The position numbers and the translations under genes were made by a program. DNA of 64,000 bases from Pelagomonas calceolata (taxonomy: Eukaryota), in assembly GCA_918797485.1 (NCBI GenBank), contig CAKKNE010000003.1:992001-1056000 (forward strand), given 5' to 3'. The notes beneath the pieces were generated by a model. The model saw nothing but the letters and a program-made list of their open reading frames with translations, had not been told where the DNA came from and made no database searches. Every line of letters begins with the position of its first letter. Position 1 is the stretch's first letter. Below, in pieces: positions 60,874-64,000 of this stretch.

Positions 60874-61935
60874 ATGAAGGTCCCCACACTACTCCTGACG
60901 GCCACCGCCGCGTCGGCGCTGGACTACCTCTCCTCACTGAAGACCCAGAGCGTCCGCGCGCCACCCGCACCACCCGCGAGCGTGCCCGCGACCCGCGCGG
61001 AGCTTGTGGCCCAGTGGCGCGCCGCGTGCGACGCCGAGGTCACGAGCTACGCGGACTTCGGCCTCCGCGTCGCGCCCGCCAAGGCGCCGCCGCTCGAGGC
61101 CGTCGTCGCGGCGCCCGCCAAGGCCGTCTCAACACCAACGCTGCCGAAGCTGAAGCTCCCCGATACTCCAACGCTGCCGAAGGTCGACGTGCAGCTCCCG
61201 AAGGAGGGGAAGGAGGTCGCGCTCGCGGCCTTCGCGCTCGCCACCGGCGCGGCCGCGTCGGCGCTCAAGGCGGCCGCGGCGGGCCCGCGCGAGCGCGAGC
61301 GCGCGGCGAGCTATTCTGGATCTGGCGACAAGCTCGAGGCGCTCGTCGCGGGCAGCGCCGTCGCGGCGTGCGCGGCGGCGGTCTGCGGCTGCGGCGGCGC
61401 GCTCTCGCTGCTCTTCGGCGGCGTCGTCCTCGCGCACGGGTTGCTCGACGCGGCCGCCGACGGCGCCGTTTTGGCGCGCTGGGCGGGCCGCCGCGCCATC
61501 ACGGCGGGCGGCGACATGTTCGCCTCGGCCAAGGCCGGCGGCTGGGAGTTCGACGCTGGAATGCCCAGAAAGGCGTGGGCCTGGGTCCGCGCGGCCTGGG
61601 ACGAGGCCGGCGACGCGATGAAGGACGCCCTGGAGCGCGGGCGGCAGGGGGCCCGGGAGACGCCGGCGCGCGCCGCCGCGGCTGCTGCTGAGGCAGCGCA
61701 GGCGGCCGCGTTGGCTGCGGACGCCGACCTCTACTCCGCGCTCGAGATCAAGGAGAAGAAGCAGCGCGAGCTCGAGGTGCTCGTCGATTACGTGGAAGAT
61801 CGTGTCCGCGTCGCCGGGCCAGCGCGCGCGGCCGTCGTGCTCAACGCGCGCAAGGTCGCGTCGACCGTGAACCAGGATGCCACCGGCCGCATGCTCGGCT
61901 CCGGGATAGATGAGCCGAAGCGCCTCTCCCGCTGA
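60874..61935 (+). CDS. Hypothetical signal-peptide (likely plastid) membrane protein
   Basis: Leader ending AASA-L, hydrophobic segments and duplicated TPTLPK. Confidence 0.55.
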   Translation: MKVPTLLLTATAASALDYLSSLKTQSVRAPPAPPASVPATRAELVAQWRAACDAEVTSYADFGLRVAPAKAPPLEAVVAAPAKAVSTPTLPKLKLPDTPTLPKVDVQLPKEGKEVALAAFALATGAAASALKAAAAGPRERERAASYSGSGDKLEALVAGSAVAACAAAVCGCGGALSLLFGGVVLAHGLLDAAADGAVLARWAGRRAITAGGDMFASAKAGGWEFDAGMPRKAWAWVRAAWDEAGDAMKDALERGRQGARETPARAAAAAAEAAQAAALAADADLYSALEIKEKKQRELEVLVDYVEDRVRVAGPARAAVVLNARKVASTVNQDATGRMLGSGIDEPKRLSR

Positions 61936-62227
61936 CTGATGATTGATCCCCCCCTGAGAAGCCTGGACACAGCTGCCCCGCCCGCGCCGCCCACAGAGGT
62001 GCGCGCGCCCGTCTTTTTTGATAGATCTTTTGCGTAAGAGGGCCATTGTTGACTTTTTTGGTGCCGCTGCGATGGCGTGGCGGAGCTAGGACGGCGTCTA
62101 AGCGCGTAGAGAGAAGTCCCGGAAAACCCGTTTTTTTACTGAGACGCCGACCGCGCTCCTCGACTGCTCCTTTGCGTCGCGGCGGCGCGCGTCCGGGCTC
62201 ATGCCCGGCTAGCGAGTAATTTAAAGC

Positions 62228-62872
62228 TTACGCAGAAGCGGCGGCGGCGCGCCGTTCTTCCCGTCGCTTCTTCTTGCGCTGGAACTTCTCCTTGCGCGCC
62301 GCGATCTGCGCGTCCGACAGGGGCTTGGCCTTTTTGCGGGCCTTGGCCTGGGCGCGCCGGCGCTCCTTCGCGCGCGCGGCCTTGGCGTCGCGCCGCGCCT
62401 TCTGCGCGTCCGTCAACTCGGCCTCGCGGAGGCCCTTGCGCGCCGCCTTGATCGCGCGGAGTTCTCTTTTGACGGCCTTTTGGTAGGCCTTCCCGCGCAT
62501 GAACTCGTCGGCCGCCGTGCGCGTAGTAAATGGTGCCGTTTCCGGGCACAAGGTCACCTGGTAGACGGTCGCGCCCTTCTTTGTGGTCCGCTCCACGACG
62601 GCCTCGAAGGCCTCATCGTCCGAGTCCGACGCGTCTTCATTGACGTCTTCGTCGTCGTCGTCGTCGTCGCCGCCGTCCACACCGGCCTTGCGCCGCGCCG
62701 CGCCGAGCTCGGCGAGCGCGGCGGCGTACTCGCCCGCGTCGTCATCGTCCGACGACAACGCCTCGTCGTCCACGTCTGACGCTTCCAGCTCCTCATCGAC
62801 GTCAGAGAACTCGTCGCCGCTGTCATCCTCCTGCTGCATGCGGCGGCGCTCCGCGCGCGGTCGCTTCGCCAT
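62228..62872 (-). CDS. Acidic/basic hypothetical nuclear (nucleolar-like) protein
   Basis: MAKRPR start, D/E-rich N-half and K/R-rich C-half. Confidence 0.6.
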   Translation of the reverse strand: MAKRPRAERRRMQQEDDSGDEFSDVDEELEASDVDDEALSSDDDDAGEYAAALAELGAARRKAGVDGGDDDDDDEDVNEDASDSDDEAFEAVVERTTKKGATVYQVTLCPETAPFTTRTAADEFMRGKAYQKAVKRELRAIKAARKGLREAELTDAQKARRDAKAARAKERRRAQAKARKKAKPLSDAQIAARKEKFQRKKKRREERRAAAASA

Positions 62873-63030
62873 CGTTGTGTCGCACGCACTGAGCGTGTTG
62901 AGCGATGTCTCAGCGCGTACGCGTTGAGCGCGTGAGCGATGTGTTGCAGCAGCGCGCACAGCTGCTGGCGACTGCTATGAGCACTTATAGCACTTATAAA
63001 CGCCGAGCTCGCTCTGCAGCACAATGGCTT

Positions 63031-63054
63031 GCTAGTGTCTTACAGGACGCTAGC
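63031..63054 (-). promoter_or_regulatory. CTAG-box element GCTAGCGTCCTGTAAGACACTAGC
   Basis: Between divergent starts 62872 and 63246/63399. Confidence 0.75.
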
Positions 63055-63245
63055 TTGGCTTTTCACGATCACGCCGGCTCTAGTTATCATCAGACGCGCT
63101 ATTCTCAACGGCGCGCGGTGTCATATTGCCTCCTCACTGTACTTCCAATTTCTCGCGCTCGCACACAGTTTCAGAGGCCCTACAACAAAAATGGCTAAGT
63201 CAACCAAGCGCCTGTCATCCCTAAGGAGAGAAACAGGTAGTTCAG

Positions 63246-63389
63246 ATGGAGCTTAGAAAAAGGAAACGACCGGAACGTTATGAATCGCCGCTCAAACTCC
63301 CCAACGTAGACGTCCACGGCATCCTCTTCGCCCTCGTCGCGGTCGTCTTCGTCGTGTACCCGTTAGCGCAGTGGGCCCTCGGCCGCTGA
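63246..63389 (+). CDS. 47-aa single-TM small ORF (MELRKRKRPERYESPLKLPNVDVHGILFALVAVVFVVYPLAQWALGR)
   Basis: Translated by hand and absent from the ORF track. Basic N-terminus, clean TM segment and GC3-rich codons. Confidence 0.5.
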   Translation: MELRKRKRPERYESPLKLPNVDVHGILFALVAVVFVVYPLAQWALGR

Positions 63390-63398
63390 ATCGAGGCG

Positions 63399-64000
63399 AT
63401 GTTGCACGCGACACTAGCGCTGGTCGCGGCCGCGGCAACGGCGGCGCGTACCGACCCGACCGAGATCCTCTCGATCCACGGCCTCGCCCACTCGGGAACG
63501 ACAATCGTCGGCAAGACGCTTAAAGAGGCGCACAAGGCGTGCTGGGTCGGCCGAAGCTTTTTCCACGAGGCGCAGTGGTGCCAGGACGTCTATCCGGCGT
63601 GGCGACCGCGCGACGGCCCGCTCAACGCGCGTACGTGCGCGAACCATACCGCATGGGCGCGTGCGACGAGCCCGACTGCAAAACGCGACGCGATCAACGA
63701 GCTCGCCTCGACGGCTCGAAAAGCCGCCCTCGTCGGCCGCGCGCTCCTCGATAGGTGGCGGTCCCACGCAACGCGCCCAAGAGAGTGCGCGACGTGGGTC
63801 GCCAAGGACCCGCGCATCGACACGGTCGCGTTCCTCCCGCGCGTGCTCGGCGCGAACGGTGTGCGGACGACGACGGTGCTCGTGATGCGGCACCCGTGGC
63901 TCCGGTGTGGAGACAACATCGCGTCGATGGCGTGGGTGCCCGAGATTTGATTTCCACGTAGGTGGGCGCCTACGTACCAAAGCGAGCAATCCGGCGCCTC
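63399..64000 (+). CDS. Sulfotransferase-like protein (runs off window; intron 63896-63961)
   Basis: Signal peptide, PAPS-loop-like IHGLAHSGTT, KDP and VLVMRHP. Splicing continues as WAPTYQSE. Confidence 0.65.
63896..63961 (+). mobile_element. Mini introner element (66-nt GT-AG intron)
   Basis: Decayed left TIR GGTGTGGAGACAA, core ATCGCGTCGATGGCGTGG and right TIR TTGATTTCCACGTAG. Confidence 0.8.

Noticed and set aside
1..64000. tRNA, rRNA or autonomous transposase genes
   Set aside because: None recognised by eye. A covariance-model scan was not possible, so small RNAs cannot be excluded.

Overview
A very GC-rich, gene-dense eukaryotic nuclear region with about 35 mostly intron-poor genes. 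It looks like a pelagophyte stramenopile alga (Pelagomonas/Aureococcus-like). This is inferred from bipartite plastid-targeting peptides, a signal-peptide ubiquitin and Aureococcus-type introner elements. Recognisable genes include an Mx-like dynamin, MCM9, E(z), glucosidase II alpha, PUM3/Puf6, a mitochondrial phosphate carrier, a lumenal FKBP, an EF-hand/tRNase Z fusion and three clustered glycosyltransferases. Three signals stand out. (1) A 23-25 bp quasi-palindromic element, GCTAGCG-N2-4-TGTAAGACACTAGC, occurs 11 times cleanly and about 4 times degenerately. It is always intergenic, about 50-350 bp upstream of start codons, and in either orientation. (2) A single-pass receptor joins duplicated extracellular DUF285 repeat arrays with position-specific hypervariability to a cytosolic MLKL-like four-helix domain and an intact TKL kinase, making it a candidate algal immune/cell-death receptor. 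(3) A family of TIR/8-bp-TSD introner elements is seen at several stages of decay. No rRNA, tRNA or CRISPR array was recognised. All calls are by eye, with no searches run.
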